From a candidate division WOR-3 bacterium (GTDB lineage Bacteria; Hydrothermota; 32-111), in contig JBDRZU010000001.1 in NCBI GenBank assembly GCA_039804105.1, forward strand, positions 834,602 through 898,601: a stretch of 64,000 nt of DNA, read 5' to 3'. A model generated the notes under the pieces. That model worked only from the letters and a program-made list of their open reading frames with translations. It searched no databases and was not told where the DNA came from. The position numbers and the translations under genes are program-made. Each line of letters starts with the position of its first letter. The first letter of the stretch is position 1. This document shows, in pieces, positions 19,983 through 31,101 of this stretch.

Positions 19983-21317
19983 ATGGAAACAATTAATTTT
20001 GAATTTATCAAAAATGCCACAAAAGGAAAACCTGTTAACATAAAAGATTTTACAACCTTTGTTCAAGATATTTCAACGGATAGTAGAAATATTAAAAAAA
20101 ACTGTTTATTTGTACCGATAAAGGGGGAAAAGTTTGATGGCCATGACTTTATACAGGATAGTTTCAACAAAGGTGCAATTTTAACATTAAGTGAAAAAGA
20201 TCTAATCGGTTTACCATATATCAAAGTAAAAAACACCATATTGGCATTAAACGATTTGGCAAAAGAATATTTAAAAAAATTCAATCCCTTAAAAATAGGA
20301 ATAACAGGTTCGAATGGAAAAACAACAACCAAAGATATGATATTTTCAGTCATAGATAACGATGATAAGATCGCAACAAAAGGCAATACAAATAATCTAA
20401 TTGGAGTTCCTTTAAACATATTCAGAGTTGATAAAAAAACTAAATATTTAATTCTTGAGATGGGAATGAATAACAAAGGAGAACTCTCTTTACTGAGTAA
20501 TACGGTTGAACCTGATATTATAATAATCACAAATATAAATGAATCACATATAGGCAATTTTGAATCTTTTGATCACCTTATCGAATCTAAATTTGAAATT
20601 TTAAAAAATTTCAAGAGAAATTATCCTGTTGTAATAAATGGTGATAATCCACACATTTTGAAGAAACTTCCACAAAATTTGAAAATTATAACATTTGGTT
20701 TGAAGAACGAAAATGATGTTTTTCCAGAAAAATTTGAAATAGAGAAAACATATTCAAAAATCTTTATAGACGGCAGGGAATTTAAAATTAATATTCCTGG
20801 AATCGGTGGTATACATTCTTTCCTGATCGTTTACACTTTAAAAAAGTTTTTTGAAAATGTTATCGAGATCAATATTGAAAAAGGTCTGGAGGATTTCTAT
20901 CCATCAGAAAACAGAATGAACATTGTTTCAATAGATAAAATCACAATAATTGATGATTCATACAATGCAAATCCAGCATCAATGAAAAATGGTATCGAAG
21001 TGCTATCAAAATTTAACTCAAGAAAAATCGCTGTTCTATCCGATATGCTTGAACTCGGAAAAGAATCTGAAAGGTTGCACAAAAAAATCGGAGAAATATT
21101 AAACGAAAATAAAATCGATGTACTTATAACATTGGGAAACTATTCCAAATTGATCAACTCAATTTTCATTGGAGAAAAATACCATTTCGACGAAAACAAA
21201 AAACTTTTAGATTTCTTAAAAAGGTTTATTAAAGAAGGAGACACTGTACTAGTTAAAGGTTCGCATCATTTTGAAATGTTTGAAATAGTAAAACAGTTAA
21301 AGGAATATTTAAAATGA
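19983..21317 (+). CDS. murF: UDP-MurNAc-tripeptide:D-Ala-D-Ala ligase MurF
   Basis: It has GITGSNGKTTTKDM and DDSYNANPASM. Confidence 0.9.
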   Translation: METINFEFIKNATKGKPVNIKDFTTFVQDISTDSRNIKKNCLFVPIKGEKFDGHDFIQDSFNKGAILTLSEKDLIGLPYIKVKNTILALNDLAKEYLKKFNPLKIGITGSNGKTTTKDMIFSVIDNDDKIATKGNTNNLIGVPLNIFRVDKKTKYLILEMGMNNKGELSLLSNTVEPDIIIITNINESHIGNFESFDHLIESKFEILKNFKRNYPVVINGDNPHILKKLPQNLKIITFGLKNENDVFPEKFEIEKTYSKIFIDGREFKINIPGIGGIHSFLIVYTLKKFFENVIEINIEKGLEDFYPSENRMNIVSIDKITIIDDSYNANPASMKNGIEVLSKFNSRKIAVLSDMLELGKESERLHKKIGEILNENKIDVLITLGNYSKLINSIFIGEKYHFDENKKLLDFLKRFIKEGDTVLVKGSHHFEMFEIVKQLKEYLK

Positions 21318-22387
21318 TAACAACTATTTTGTCTTCCATATTTGATGATGTGGCGCTTTTCAAATACATAACATTCAAGGCTGCAATGTCTTCAATAACA
21401 TCTCTTTTTTTCATATTCATCTTTGGAAGAAAACTTGTTAACCTTTTGAAAAAATTTTCCGTTACCGAAAAGATCAGAGAGGATGGACCAAAACAACATT
21501 ACAAAAAAGAAGGTACTCCAACGATGGGAGGGATAATAATCATTCTCTCTATCTTGTTGGGAACGATTCTGTGGGCTGATCTTTCAAACATTTATATCAA
21601 GTTTATTTTGATGATAACTTTTTTATTTTTTATTTTGGGATTTACGGATGATATTTTAAAGTTTAAAAATAAAAAGGGATTGATACCAAAATATAAACTT
21701 ATCTTTCAGTTAATCATATCAATTTTAATTTTTGTTTTTATAACAAAAAATCCAGATTACTATGATTTTAAATATCAAACAAATATTCTTTTTATAAAAA
21801 ATATTCTTTTTAATCTATCTTTAATGTATCTTCCATTTATCATAATAGTTCTTCTTGGGACAACAAACGCTGTAAATCTGACTGATGGACTTGACGGTCT
21901 TGCTTCTGGAATGCTTGCAATTGTTTTCACATTGTTTGCAATAGTAACCTATATAATGGGGAACAAGGTGTTCAGTAACTATCTTAACATTCTATACATA
22001 AAAAATATTGGGGAACTTTCTGTGTTCGCTTTAACCTGTGCATCCGCATCCCTTGGATTTCTTTGGTTCAATTCTTATCCAGCAGAAATCTTTATGGGAG
22101 ATACAGGATCCATTACACTTGGAGGACTTCTCGCAACTATCGCGATCATATCAAAACAGGAAATACTATTACTTATAGGCGGTGGATTGTTTGCAGTTGA
22201 AGCGTTATCCTCTTTGATACAGATATACTATTTCAAAATAACGAAAGGAAAGAGATTTTTCAAAATGGCTCCATTACATCACCATTTTGAACTTTCGGGA
22301 ATACCAGAGCCAAAAATAGTCATAAGATTCTGGATCGTTACGATCCTTCTTGTGATAATAGCTTTAAGCACTTTGAAAGTGAGATGA
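21314..22387 (+). CDS. mraY: Phospho-MurNAc-pentapeptide translocase MraY
   Basis: It is a multi-TM protein with NAVNLTDGLDGLA and FMGDTGS. Confidence 0.9.
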   Translation: MITTILSSIFDDVALFKYITFKAAMSSITSLFFIFIFGRKLVNLLKKFSVTEKIREDGPKQHYKKEGTPTMGGIIIILSILLGTILWADLSNIYIKFILMITFLFFILGFTDDILKFKNKKGLIPKYKLIFQLIISILIFVFITKNPDYYDFKYQTNILFIKNILFNLSLMYLPFIIIVLLGTTNAVNLTDGLDGLASGMLAIVFTLFAIVTYIMGNKVFSNYLNILYIKNIGELSVFALTCASASLGFLWFNSYPAEIFMGDTGSITLGGLLATIAIISKQEILLLIGGGLFAVEALSSLIQIYYFKITKGKRFFKMAPLHHHFELSGIPEPKIVIRFWIVTILLVIIALSTLKVR

Positions 22388-22388
22388 T

Positions 22389-23741
22389 ATGAACGAGTTT
22401 GAGAATAAAAAAATAGGTATCGTCGGATTTGGAAGAAGTGGACAAAATGTTGCAAAAATATTAAAAGCAAGAGGTGCAAATATCTTTGTTAGCGAAAATA
22501 AAAACATGAATAAGGATCAGTTAAAAATAATTGCTGATTACAATCTGGATTATGAGATAGGACATTCAGAAAAACTTCTTTCAAACGACATTCTTGTAAT
22601 AAGTCCTGGAGTTGATAACAATATAGAAATAATAAAAAAAGCAAAAAATCAAAAAATACCGATCTTTTCTGAAATAGAGATAGCAGCAAGATTTTTAAAA
22701 AATAAGGTCATTGCAATTACGGGAACAAATGGTAAATCAACAACAGCATTTTTAACATATCAACTTTTAAAGTTAAACGGAAGGAAAGCTTATCTTGGAG
22801 GAAACATAAGTCCAGGGAAATCTTTAAGTGAAATCGTAATCGAAAACCCTTCAAAAGATGCCATAATAGTTGTTGAAATATCATCATTTCAACTTGAAAA
22901 CATTTCAAAATTCTCACCAAATATAGGAATCATAACATCTATATCCGATGACCACCTTGATAGATACTGTTCATTTCAAGATTATCTAAATACAAAGTTA
23001 AAACTTTTGAAGAGCGTAAAAAAGGATGGTTATAAAATCTTGAACTATGATAATGAATTTTTGAGAGTTCAAAAAGATCAAAATACTTTTTTTGTTTCAA
23101 TCAAGGAAGAAGTTGAAAATGGAGGATTTTTAAATGATGGTAGAGTGATCCTCAGGATAGACAAAAGAGAATTGGTATATGATATTAAAAAATTCAATCT
23201 CATCGGAATACATAACATACAAAATTTAATTTTTGGTATTCTTTCAACATTCTTGATTTCAGATAAAGAAATAAAAATAACTTCTGATGACTTTTCTCAA
23301 CTAAAAGGGATTGAGCATAGGCTTGAATTTGTCGGAGAAATAAACAACAAAAAGATTTATAACAACTCGATGTGCACAAATCCTGAAGCGTTCATTAAAT
23401 CTGTAGAATCACTTGGAAACAAACAGATCATAATACTCGGTGGAAGAAACAAAAATTTCAATTTTGAATCGATAATAGGAACTATAAAAAAGCATGCTGT
23501 TTTTGTTGTGCTGATAGGGGAAGTAAAAGAAATACTCATAGAAAAACTTCTCCAAAATGGATACGAAAAATTTTATTCAGCGGATTCACTGGATGACGCG
23601 GTAAAAAAATCGCTTGAAATTGAAGATGGGGAAATTGTAAATTTTTCTCCTGGGTTCAGTTCGTTTGATATGTTTAAAGATTTTATTGATAGAGGTAACA
23701 AATTTAAAGAAATAGTAAAAAAATATGAGAGACATCCATAA
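22389..23741 (+). CDS. murD: UDP-MurNAc-L-Ala:D-Glu ligase MurD
   Basis: It has GFGRSGQNVA and GTNGKSTT. Confidence 0.9.
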   Translation: MNEFENKKIGIVGFGRSGQNVAKILKARGANIFVSENKNMNKDQLKIIADYNLDYEIGHSEKLLSNDILVISPGVDNNIEIIKKAKNQKIPIFSEIEIAARFLKNKVIAITGTNGKSTTAFLTYQLLKLNGRKAYLGGNISPGKSLSEIVIENPSKDAIIVVEISSFQLENISKFSPNIGIITSISDDHLDRYCSFQDYLNTKLKLLKSVKKDGYKILNYDNEFLRVQKDQNTFFVSIKEEVENGGFLNDGRVILRIDKRELVYDIKKFNLIGIHNIQNLIFGILSTFLISDKEIKITSDDFSQLKGIEHRLEFVGEINNKKIYNNSMCTNPEAFIKSVESLGNKQIIILGGRNKNFNFESIIGTIKKHAVFVVLIGEVKEILIEKLLQNGYEKFYSADSLDDAVKKSLEIEDGEIVNFSPGFSSFDMFKDFIDRGNKFKEIVKKYERHP

Positions 23742-24792
23742 AATTTATTTCATAGTTTTACTACTTTTAATATGTGGACTGGTTATTTTGACTTCCGCTA
23801 CAACATTTTTGAGTTATCAGAACAAATCCTTTAAGAACAATCCATACTATTTTTTAACAAGACAGATATGCTGGATAATAGTAGGGATCTTTGTTGCTAT
23901 AGCCATAAGTAATATTGATATAAGAAAAATCAATGAGAAAGTGTTTTTTTACATTTTGATCATATCTATTATACTCCTCATCGTGGTTTTATTCACAAAA
24001 CCTATAAATGGTGCAAGAAGATGGTTGAGATTTTCTTCTTTTTCGTTCCAGCCATCAGAATTTGCCGAACTCGCAATGCTTTTATACGTTTCCAAAAAGT
24101 TTTCAAGCATAAAGAATCAAAAAGATATAATTTTTCCGATTCTCTTTTCCTTCATAGTAATCAGTTTAATAGCTATAGAACCAAACATATCATATGCTTT
24201 GACTCTTATGATAATCCTAATTGTCATAATGATATACAGTGAAATTCCAGCTGGATATACCCTGTCTATAATTTTGTTTACGATTTTATTTTCTCCAATA
24301 ATAATTTTAAAATACCCACATGCTCTTTTAAGAATAAAGATGTTTTTGAACAAAGTTCCTGATAATTCACAGATATCCGATTCTGTTCTTGCGATAGCAA
24401 ACGGTGGACTTTTTGGAAAAGGTATAGGATCCGGACAGATGAAACTCCTGTTTATACCTGAGATACAGAGTGATTACATCTTTACAACAATAGCAGAGGA
24501 AACAGGTTTTCTAGGAAGTATTTTCATCATCCTGATATACATTTCTCTTTTTAAACTTGGTAAGGAGATTTCAAAAAAGAATCTGTACATCAACAGATTT
24601 TTTTACATACTCGCTTTTTCAATATCTTTTACTATATTTATAAAAGCCATGTTTCACATTGCAATATCACTTCAAATGTTTCCATCAACAGGGGTTACAC
24701 TTCCTTTTATTTCGTATGGTGGAACATCGATGTTGATAAATCTCATATTGCTAGGTTTACTTGTCAACATAGAGAGGTACAATGAGTTTTAA
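23725..24792 (+). CDS. ftsW: SEDS peptidoglycan glycosyltransferase FtsW
   Basis: It is a multi-TM protein with PSEFAELAMLLY and GVTLPFISYGGTSM. Confidence 0.85.
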   Translation: MRDIHKIYFIVLLLLICGLVILTSATTFLSYQNKSFKNNPYYFLTRQICWIIVGIFVAIAISNIDIRKINEKVFFYILIISIILLIVVLFTKPINGARRWLRFSSFSFQPSEFAELAMLLYVSKKFSSIKNQKDIIFPILFSFIVISLIAIEPNISYALTLMIILIVIMIYSEIPAGYTLSIILFTILFSPIIILKYPHALLRIKMFLNKVPDNSQISDSVLAIANGGLFGKGIGSGQMKLLFIPEIQSDYIFTTIAEETGFLGSIFIILIYISLFKLGKEISKKNLYINRFFYILAFSISFTIFIKAMFHIAISLQMFPSTGVTLPFISYGGTSMLINLILLGLLVNIERYNEF

Positions 24793-25801
24793 AAAACAAA
24801 ATCGCAAAATAGTCATCTGTGCTGGTGGCACTGGAGGTCATATAATACCTGCCATAACTTTAGGAAAAAATTTGACAGGTTATGATGTTTTTTACATTTG
24901 TGGAAACAGAGATATAGAAAGAAAAATATACAAAACTTTTAATCTAAATCCAATCGTTCTCGATATAAAATCTTTTAAATCATTCTCTTACATTTTAAAA
25001 TTCCCTTCTTTACTCTTCAATTCAATTAGAACCTTATCATCCATAAATCCAAGAACAGTGATAATAACCGGAAACTATATTTCCTTTTCAGTAGGTCTTG
25101 CAACAATATTACTCGGGAAAAAACTTATAATTCTTGAACAGGATGCTATAATTGGAAAAACGAACAGGATATTTTCATTTTTCTCATATAAAATTTTCAC
25201 GGGATTCCCTGCACCTTTCAGATATGTAAACAACAGAAAAATAATTCATATCGGTCATATATTAAGGGAGAATATTTTTGAATTTTCAAAGGATAACAAT
25301 CTTATTATCGATTCAACCAAAAAAACGATTCTCATATTTGGTGGGAGCCAGGGTGCAAAAAATGTCGCAAAAAAAATTTTGGATTTCCTTTATCCTTTAA
25401 ATCAAAAATACAATATAATTCTCATTGCGGGAAACCACTATGAGGAATTTAAACAATACAAAAATATTACAGTGCTTCCCTTTTATGAAAACATGGGGTT
25501 TTTGTATTCGATATCAGATATAGTCATTTCAAGGAGTGGAGCAATTTCGGTTGCCGAAATAAAAGCATTAAATAAAAAGGCTATCTTTATACCTTTTGAA
25601 AGTGCATCGAACAAAGAACAGATGATCAACATAAAAAAAATCAATCTTGACCCAAATCTGTTTATGGTAATAAGAGAAAAAAAATTATCAGAAGAAAGTC
25701 TAACATTCGCTGTTGAAAAACTCTTAAACATTAAAAATGAAAATAAAATTTCCTCTAACAATTTATGTGAACAGATGGGGATGGTAAAGCAATATGTTTA
25801 G
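24782..25801 (+). CDS. murG: UDP-GlcNAc:lipid I GlcNAc transferase MurG
   Basis: It has AGGTGGHIIPA, and SRSGAISVAEI in the C-terminal half. Confidence 0.85.
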   Translation: MSFKKQNRKIVICAGGTGGHIIPAITLGKNLTGYDVFYICGNRDIERKIYKTFNLNPIVLDIKSFKSFSYILKFPSLLFNSIRTLSSINPRTVIITGNYISFSVGLATILLGKKLIILEQDAIIGKTNRIFSFFSYKIFTGFPAPFRYVNNRKIIHIGHILRENIFEFSKDNNLIIDSTKKTILIFGGSQGAKNVAKKILDFLYPLNQKYNIILIAGNHYEEFKQYKNITVLPFYENMGFLYSISDIVISRSGAISVAEIKALNKKAIFIPFESASNKEQMINIKKINLDPNLFMVIREKKLSEESLTFAVEKLLNIKNENKISSNNLCEQMGMVKQYV

Positions 25802-27182
25802 AAATATTGAAAACATTCATTTTGTGGGAATAGGTGGAATAGGAATGAGTGGAATCGCTGAGGTACTTGCTGGAATGGGTTATAAGATAACTGGGTCTGA
25901 TATCAAAGATTCCCCTATCATCCAGCATCTCAGAGATATCGGGATTACCGTTTATATCGGACACAGATGGGAAAATGTTGTCAATGCTGATGTTGTGGTT
26001 TATTCATCAGCTGTAAAGATGGACAATGTTGAACTCGTTTATGCTATCAAAGAAAAAATACCTGTGATACAGAGAGCCGAAATGCTAGCCGAACTTATGA
26101 GAATGAAGTTTTCTATCGGTGTAGCTGGAACACATGGAAAAACCACGACAACTTCACTGATCGCTTCAATATTCAAAAAAGCAAAACTCGATCCTACATT
26201 GATAATTGGTGGACAGGTAAAAATATTTTCCGATTCGAACGCTACTCTGGGAAAGGGAGATTATCTGATTGCTGAAGCTGATGAAAGTGATAAATCATTT
26301 TTAAAATTATTCCCATCGATAGCTGTTATAACAAATATAGATGAAGATCATCTCGATAACTACAGCGATATTAATGAAATAAAAGAACATTTTGTAAAAT
26401 TTGCCAATTCGGTTCCCTTTTATGGTTGTGTCGTTATCTGCATAGATGATCTTAACAACAATGAGATCATTCCGAAAATTGAAAAAAAGATTATAACCTA
26501 TGGATTTTTAAGAAAAGCAGATGTCAAAGCAATAAATGTGAGAATGGGAGTTTTGAACTCTTCATACACTATGGTTTTTAAAAATATGCCTATAGGTGAA
26601 ATCCAGTTAAATATACCAGGGAAACATAACATTTTAAACTCTCTCGCAGCGATTTCCGTTGCAATCGAAATGGGGATCCCCTATAAAATAATATTTGAGG
26701 GAATAAAGGATTTTACAGGTGTAAAAAGACGGTTTGAAATCATTTATAAAAACAAAGAAAAAGATATCTATGTTATTGACGATTACGCACATCATCCAAA
26801 TGAAATATTTACAGTTATTAGTTCAGCAAAGAATATGGGAGATTATAAACTCATAACAATCTTTCAACCACATCTATATTCAAGAACAATCAAACTTTTA
26901 AACCAGTTTGCCGAAATTCTTTCAAAATCTGATATAACTATAGTTACAGATATATATCCCGCAAGAGAATTGCCAATAAAAGGAGTATCGGGAGCAAATC
27001 TTTACGAAGAGATTAAAAAACTGAAAAGTGAAGATGTTTACTATGTTGAAGATAAAAATAAAATAAAAGATTTTTTAAAAAATTTTATAAAAGAAAAAAC
27101 TGTGTTTCTTTTCATAGGTGCGGGAGATATAAACAATTATTCACATGCATTCGTAGAGGAAATCAAACATGAAAATCTATAA
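25794..27182 (+). CDS. murC: UDP-MurNAc:L-Ala ligase MurC
   Basis: It has HFVGIGGIGMSGIAEVL, GTHGKTTTT and DDYAHHP. Confidence 0.9.
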   Translation: MFRNIENIHFVGIGGIGMSGIAEVLAGMGYKITGSDIKDSPIIQHLRDIGITVYIGHRWENVVNADVVVYSSAVKMDNVELVYAIKEKIPVIQRAEMLAELMRMKFSIGVAGTHGKTTTTSLIASIFKKAKLDPTLIIGGQVKIFSDSNATLGKGDYLIAEADESDKSFLKLFPSIAVITNIDEDHLDNYSDINEIKEHFVKFANSVPFYGCVVICIDDLNNNEIIPKIEKKIITYGFLRKADVKAINVRMGVLNSSYTMVFKNMPIGEIQLNIPGKHNILNSLAAISVAIEMGIPYKIIFEGIKDFTGVKRRFEIIYKNKEKDIYVIDDYAHHPNEIFTVISSAKNMGDYKLITIFQPHLYSRTIKLLNQFAEILSKSDITIVTDIYPARELPIKGVSGANLYEEIKKLKSEDVYYVEDKNKIKDFLKNFIKEKTVFLFIGAGDINNYSHAFVEEIKHENL

Positions 27183-27990
27183 AAATTTTGATTTTTCAAA
27201 GATATCTTACATCGGAATAGGACATAAAGGAAAACTATTTATTGTCGAAAATCTCGAAGATCTTTTGGAAATCAATGGTTTACAGAAAACAAAAATTCTT
27301 GGGAACTGTTCAAAAATTCTTTTTTCTAAAAAAAGATATGGATACACTTTTTATAAACTCGGTGGGGACTTTCTAAAAATAGAAAAACTTGATGATGAAA
27401 AAATCAGAGTAGGTGGAGGAGTCCTATTCGTTAATTTAATGAACTTTTTGATCAAAGAGAACCTATCGGGTTTTGAGGAACTTGTTGGAATACCCGGAAC
27501 AATAGGTGGAATGATCAAAATGAATGCTGGAGCTTTTGGAAAAAATATTTCAAACAATCTTATTTCTTTGGAAACAATCGATGGAAAAAAATATAAAAAA
27601 GATCTTGTCTTTTCTTATCGAAAATCAAATATTGATTATCCTGTCATTTTTGCAACCTTTAAATTTGAAAAAAACAAAAGGTCCCGAATTCTTAAAAACA
27701 TTGAAGAATTCGTGAAACTTAGAAGTAAAAATCAACCTAAAGATATCAAAACTTTGGGTTCAACTTTTAAAAATCCATCACCTGATCTCCCTGCATGGAA
27801 ACTTGTCGATGATATTGGAATGAGAGGTTTTTGCATCAACGATATTTGTGTTTCAGAAAAACATACAAATTTCTTAGTCAACAGAGGCGCAGGTGATGCC
27901 AAAAGCTATTTAAAAATGATCTCTTTAATCCAGAGAAAAGTTTACAGTGAAAAAAAAGTAAAACTGGAGCTTGAAGTTGAAATACTATAG
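27169..27990 (+). CDS. murB: UDP-N-acetylenolpyruvoylglucosamine reductase MurB (short form)
   Basis: It has GIPGTIGGMIKMNAGAFG, LGSTFKNP and SEKHTNFLVN. Confidence 0.8.
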   Translation: MKIYKNFDFSKISYIGIGHKGKLFIVENLEDLLEINGLQKTKILGNCSKILFSKKRYGYTFYKLGGDFLKIEKLDDEKIRVGGGVLFVNLMNFLIKENLSGFEELVGIPGTIGGMIKMNAGAFGKNISNNLISLETIDGKKYKKDLVFSYRKSNIDYPVIFATFKFEKNKRSRILKNIEEFVKLRSKNQPKDIKTLGSTFKNPSPDLPAWKLVDDIGMRGFCINDICVSEKHTNFLVNRGAGDAKSYLKMISLIQRKVYSEKKVKLELEVEIL

Positions 27991-28711
27991 CGGAAGGTAC
28001 GATCTTCTTTTGAGAGAGAAAGAAAACAAAAAAAGTAAAGGTATAAAAAGGATCAAAAGTTTTTTTGTTAAAGTCATAAAACTTTTTATACTGATAATGT
28101 TAATATCAGGAATAATTGTTTTTCTATCAAACAAGTTCATCAATATGAAAACATTTAGAGTAAAGTATATAGAGATAAAAGTCGTTAATGAAAAGATTTA
28201 CCTTGACAGTAAACCTTTCAAAAATATAGTGGGAGAAAACATTTTTAAAATAAAGTCCGAAAAGATCAAGGAAATTGTAGACAGAAATTATAGTGACTTC
28301 AAAGTGAAAAATATAAAGAAGAGTTTTCCTTCAAAACTGGAAATCATAGTTTACAGAAAAATACCTCTTTTGTTGTTGGAAGATAACCTTGTAATATACC
28401 AGGATATGGAAGTAGGAACAAACAGTAAATACTCAGCGGCAAACTACATATTCGTTGAAACCGATGAAAAAAATATAAGATCAGTTTTTGATGTTCCAGG
28501 ACTTCCAACAATCTTTCCTGATCTCATCAGAGAAAAGGACAACATAAAAAAAATAGGTTTTATAGATAGAGGAATAAAAATTTATACAAAAAATAACAAA
28601 TCTTTAATCATAAATAAAGGTGACAGAATACCAAAATTGAAAGAATTTGAAAATATCGAATATAAAACAATAGATTTAAGATTTAAAAATGGAATATATG
28701 TAAAAAAATAA
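27971..28711 (+). CDS. ftsQ: Cell division protein FtsQ/DivIB (TTG start)
   Basis: It has a single TM segment followed by a POTRA-like FRVKYIEI... region. It lies between murB and ftsA. Confidence 0.65.
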   Translation: MKLKYYSGRYDLLLREKENKKSKGIKRIKSFFVKVIKLFILIMLISGIIVFLSNKFINMKTFRVKYIEIKVVNEKIYLDSKPFKNIVGENIFKIKSEKIKEIVDRNYSDFKVKNIKKSFPSKLEIIVYRKIPLLLLEDNLVIYQDMEVGTNSKYSAANYIFVETDEKNIRSVFDVPGLPTIFPDLIREKDNIKKIGFIDRGIKIYTKNNKSLIINKGDRIPKLKEFENIEYKTIDLRFKNGIYVKK

Positions 28712-28728
28712 ATAAAAGAGAGGTAAAT

Positions 28729-29952
28729 ATGGTGATCACTGTATTAGATATCGGAACATCTACTGTAAAGACACTTATTGCAACAATTGAAGAAGAAAAT
28801 ACTATAAATCTTCGAGGTGTTGGAGAATCTTCGAAACATAAAATGTATAAATCGAAAATTACCGATGTTGAATCCACTGTTGCAGCGATAAAAGATTCTA
28901 TGTTAAAAGCGGAAGTTATGGCGGGACTAAAACCTGATAATATTTTTGCTTCCATCGGTGGAGTTGAAACAAAAGGTATTACAGGAAAGGGAACAATCGC
29001 ATTACCAAAACAAAATTCTATTATAAATGAAAATGACGTTATAAGGGCTATAAACCAAAGCAAGGTTATGTCTATAGGAGATAATCCCATAATACATGTT
29101 ATCGAAAGAAATTTCACAGTTGATACACAGGAAAACATAAAAAATCCAATCGGACTTATTGGGTCAAAACTTTTATGTGAAACGATGTTGATAACTATTC
29201 CATCACTTATAATTCAAAATTATAGCAATGTTATAGAAAGAGCCGGTTATAGAGTTGAGGGTTATGTTTCACAACATATTGCTGCTTCATATTCTGTGCT
29301 TTCCGAAGAGGAAAAAGAACTTGGAGTTGCCTTAATAGATATTGGAGGGGGAACAACAAAAATTACCACTTTTACCGATTCGGTAATCAGAGAGATCGAT
29401 ACGATAGAAATAGGTGGTATGAATATAACAAAAGATATTTCTATAGGTTTAAGGTTAACAAACAGTGAATCTGAACATGTTAAAAAGAAATATGGGAGTT
29501 GTATCAAAGATAATATAGATCCAGAAGAAAAATTTAAAGTAAAAGGTTTAACTGACAACGAGGAAAGAGAGATAAGTTCTCTTGAACTTTATGAAATAAT
29601 AGCACCAAGGGTTGATGAACTTATAGAGTTTATACAACAATCTTTGGCATCATCACAACTTTTTGACAAACTGAATGCTGGACTCGTCCTAACCGGAGGA
29701 ACAGCGAATCTAAAAGGGATCAAAGAAAGATTTGAAAGAAAAATGAATTTACCTGTAAAAATAGGTTATCCAAAATTGAATGTAGGAATGTCTGAGCAGA
29801 TCAAAGATCCTTCATTTGCTGTTGCCTGTGGTATTTTGGAGTACATAACTCCAAAATATTCAAACAAAGGTTACTCAAGTAAAAAGAAGATGAATTTTTT
29901 GGGTTCTTTTTCAAAAATCTATAACACGATAAAAGATCTTTTTAAATTATAA
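28729..29952 (+). CDS. ftsA: Cell division protein FtsA
   Basis: It has the actin-fold motifs LDIGTSTVK, IDIGGGTTK and LTGGTANLKG. Confidence 0.9.
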   Translation: MVITVLDIGTSTVKTLIATIEEENTINLRGVGESSKHKMYKSKITDVESTVAAIKDSMLKAEVMAGLKPDNIFASIGGVETKGITGKGTIALPKQNSIINENDVIRAINQSKVMSIGDNPIIHVIERNFTVDTQENIKNPIGLIGSKLLCETMLITIPSLIIQNYSNVIERAGYRVEGYVSQHIAASYSVLSEEEKELGVALIDIGGGTTKITTFTDSVIREIDTIEIGGMNITKDISIGLRLTNSESEHVKKKYGSCIKDNIDPEEKFKVKGLTDNEEREISSLELYEIIAPRVDELIEFIQQSLASSQLFDKLNAGLVLTGGTANLKGIKERFERKMNLPVKIGYPKLNVGMSEQIKDPSFAVACGILEYITPKYSNKGYSSKKKMNFLGSFSKIYNTIKDLFKL

Positions 29953-29966
29953 AAAGGGGGAGAAAA

Positions 29967-31082
29967 ATGTTTATGCCAGTTAACGATCAAATTCAACCAG
30001 CCAAAATAAAAGTGCTGGGAATCGGAGGTGCTGGAGGAAATGCTGTTAACAGAATGATAAACTACAAATTTACAGGTGTTGACTTCATCTCAATAAACAC
30101 TGATCTTCAAATTTTGAGTTTATCAAAAGCACCAACAAAAATTCAAATCGGGAGATCAATCGCTAAAGGTCTTGGTGGTGGCGGAGATCCAGAGATTGGT
30201 AAAAAAGCAGCAGAGGAAAACAAAGATGAAATAAAAAAGGTACTTGAAGGAAGTGATCTTGTTTTTATAACAGCGGGAATGGGTGGTGCAACAGGAACAG
30301 GTGCAAGCCCTGTTGTTGCTGAAATAGCTAAAGAACTTGGAATTTTAACTATCGCAATAGTTACAAGGCCTTTTCTATTCGAAGGTAAAAAAAGAAATGA
30401 GGCAGCTGATATAGGAATAAAAAAATTGAAAGAGATAGTTGATACCATGATCGTTGTTCCAAACGAAAAATTAAAAATGATATGTGATAGATCCACACCT
30501 TTGAATATGTTGTTTGAGAGTGCTGACAATGTCTTATATCAAGCAACAAAGGGAATATCTGATATAATTACAAGAGCAGGATACATCAACAGAGATTTTG
30601 CGGATGTGAAAAGTATAATGTCCCATAGGGGTGATGCAATAATCGGTGTTGGAAGTGCAAAAGGAGATGATAAAGGAGCAAGTGCTGCACAGATAGCTCT
30701 CGATTGTCCAATTCTTGAAGATGCATCTATAGACAAAGCATCTGCGATTCTGTTATCAATAACAGGACCAGAGAGACTTGCATGGGGAGACGTTGAGGAT
30801 GCAATAGAGATAATCAAGAAAAGAACAAACAATAATGATATAAACCTAACATGGGGTGTAATATATGATAACAATATCGAGGATGAAGTTAGAATAACAA
30901 TCGTTGCAACAGGTATAAATGGGAATATTGATAAAAAACCAGAAAAAGCTGAAGCTTTAGAACTTTTCCCTGAAAATAGAGATGTTAAGGAAAGTTTTGA
31001 AGATAAATTTACAGTAAGAAGAAATTATTCAAAAGAAGAGGATATAGAAAAACCTGCATTTTTAAGAAGAGCAAGTGATTAA
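29967..31082 (+). CDS. ftsZ: Cell division GTPase FtsZ
   Basis: It has GIGGAGGNAVNRM, GMGGATGTGASPVVA and the C-terminal FtsA-binding peptide DIEKPAFLRRASD. Confidence 0.95.
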   Translation: MFMPVNDQIQPAKIKVLGIGGAGGNAVNRMINYKFTGVDFISINTDLQILSLSKAPTKIQIGRSIAKGLGGGGDPEIGKKAAEENKDEIKKVLEGSDLVFITAGMGGATGTGASPVVAEIAKELGILTIAIVTRPFLFEGKKRNEAADIGIKKLKEIVDTMIVVPNEKLKMICDRSTPLNMLFESADNVLYQATKGISDIITRAGYINRDFADVKSIMSHRGDAIIGVGSAKGDDKGASAAQIALDCPILEDASIDKASAILLSITGPERLAWGDVEDAIEIIKKRTNNNDINLTWGVIYDNNIEDEVRITIVATGINGNIDKKPEKAEALELFPENRDVKESFEDKFTVRRNYSKEEDIEKPAFLRRASD

Positions 31083-31101
31083 AACTTTTTACCTCCCCCA
31101 C

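Noticed and set aside
20063-20557. A 164-aa minus-strand ORF inside murF. Similar antisense ORFs occur at 28683-29138 (ftsA), 30143-30874 (ftsZ), 53422-54095 (pyrR/pyrB), 60344-60842 and 61139-61615 (MCP), 51772-52119, 52787-53074 and 58858-59223 (rho).
   Set aside because: All lie fully within strongly supported genes on the opposite strand. They have low-complexity Ser/Phe/Ile-rich products and no recognisable motifs, so they are typical shadow ORFs.
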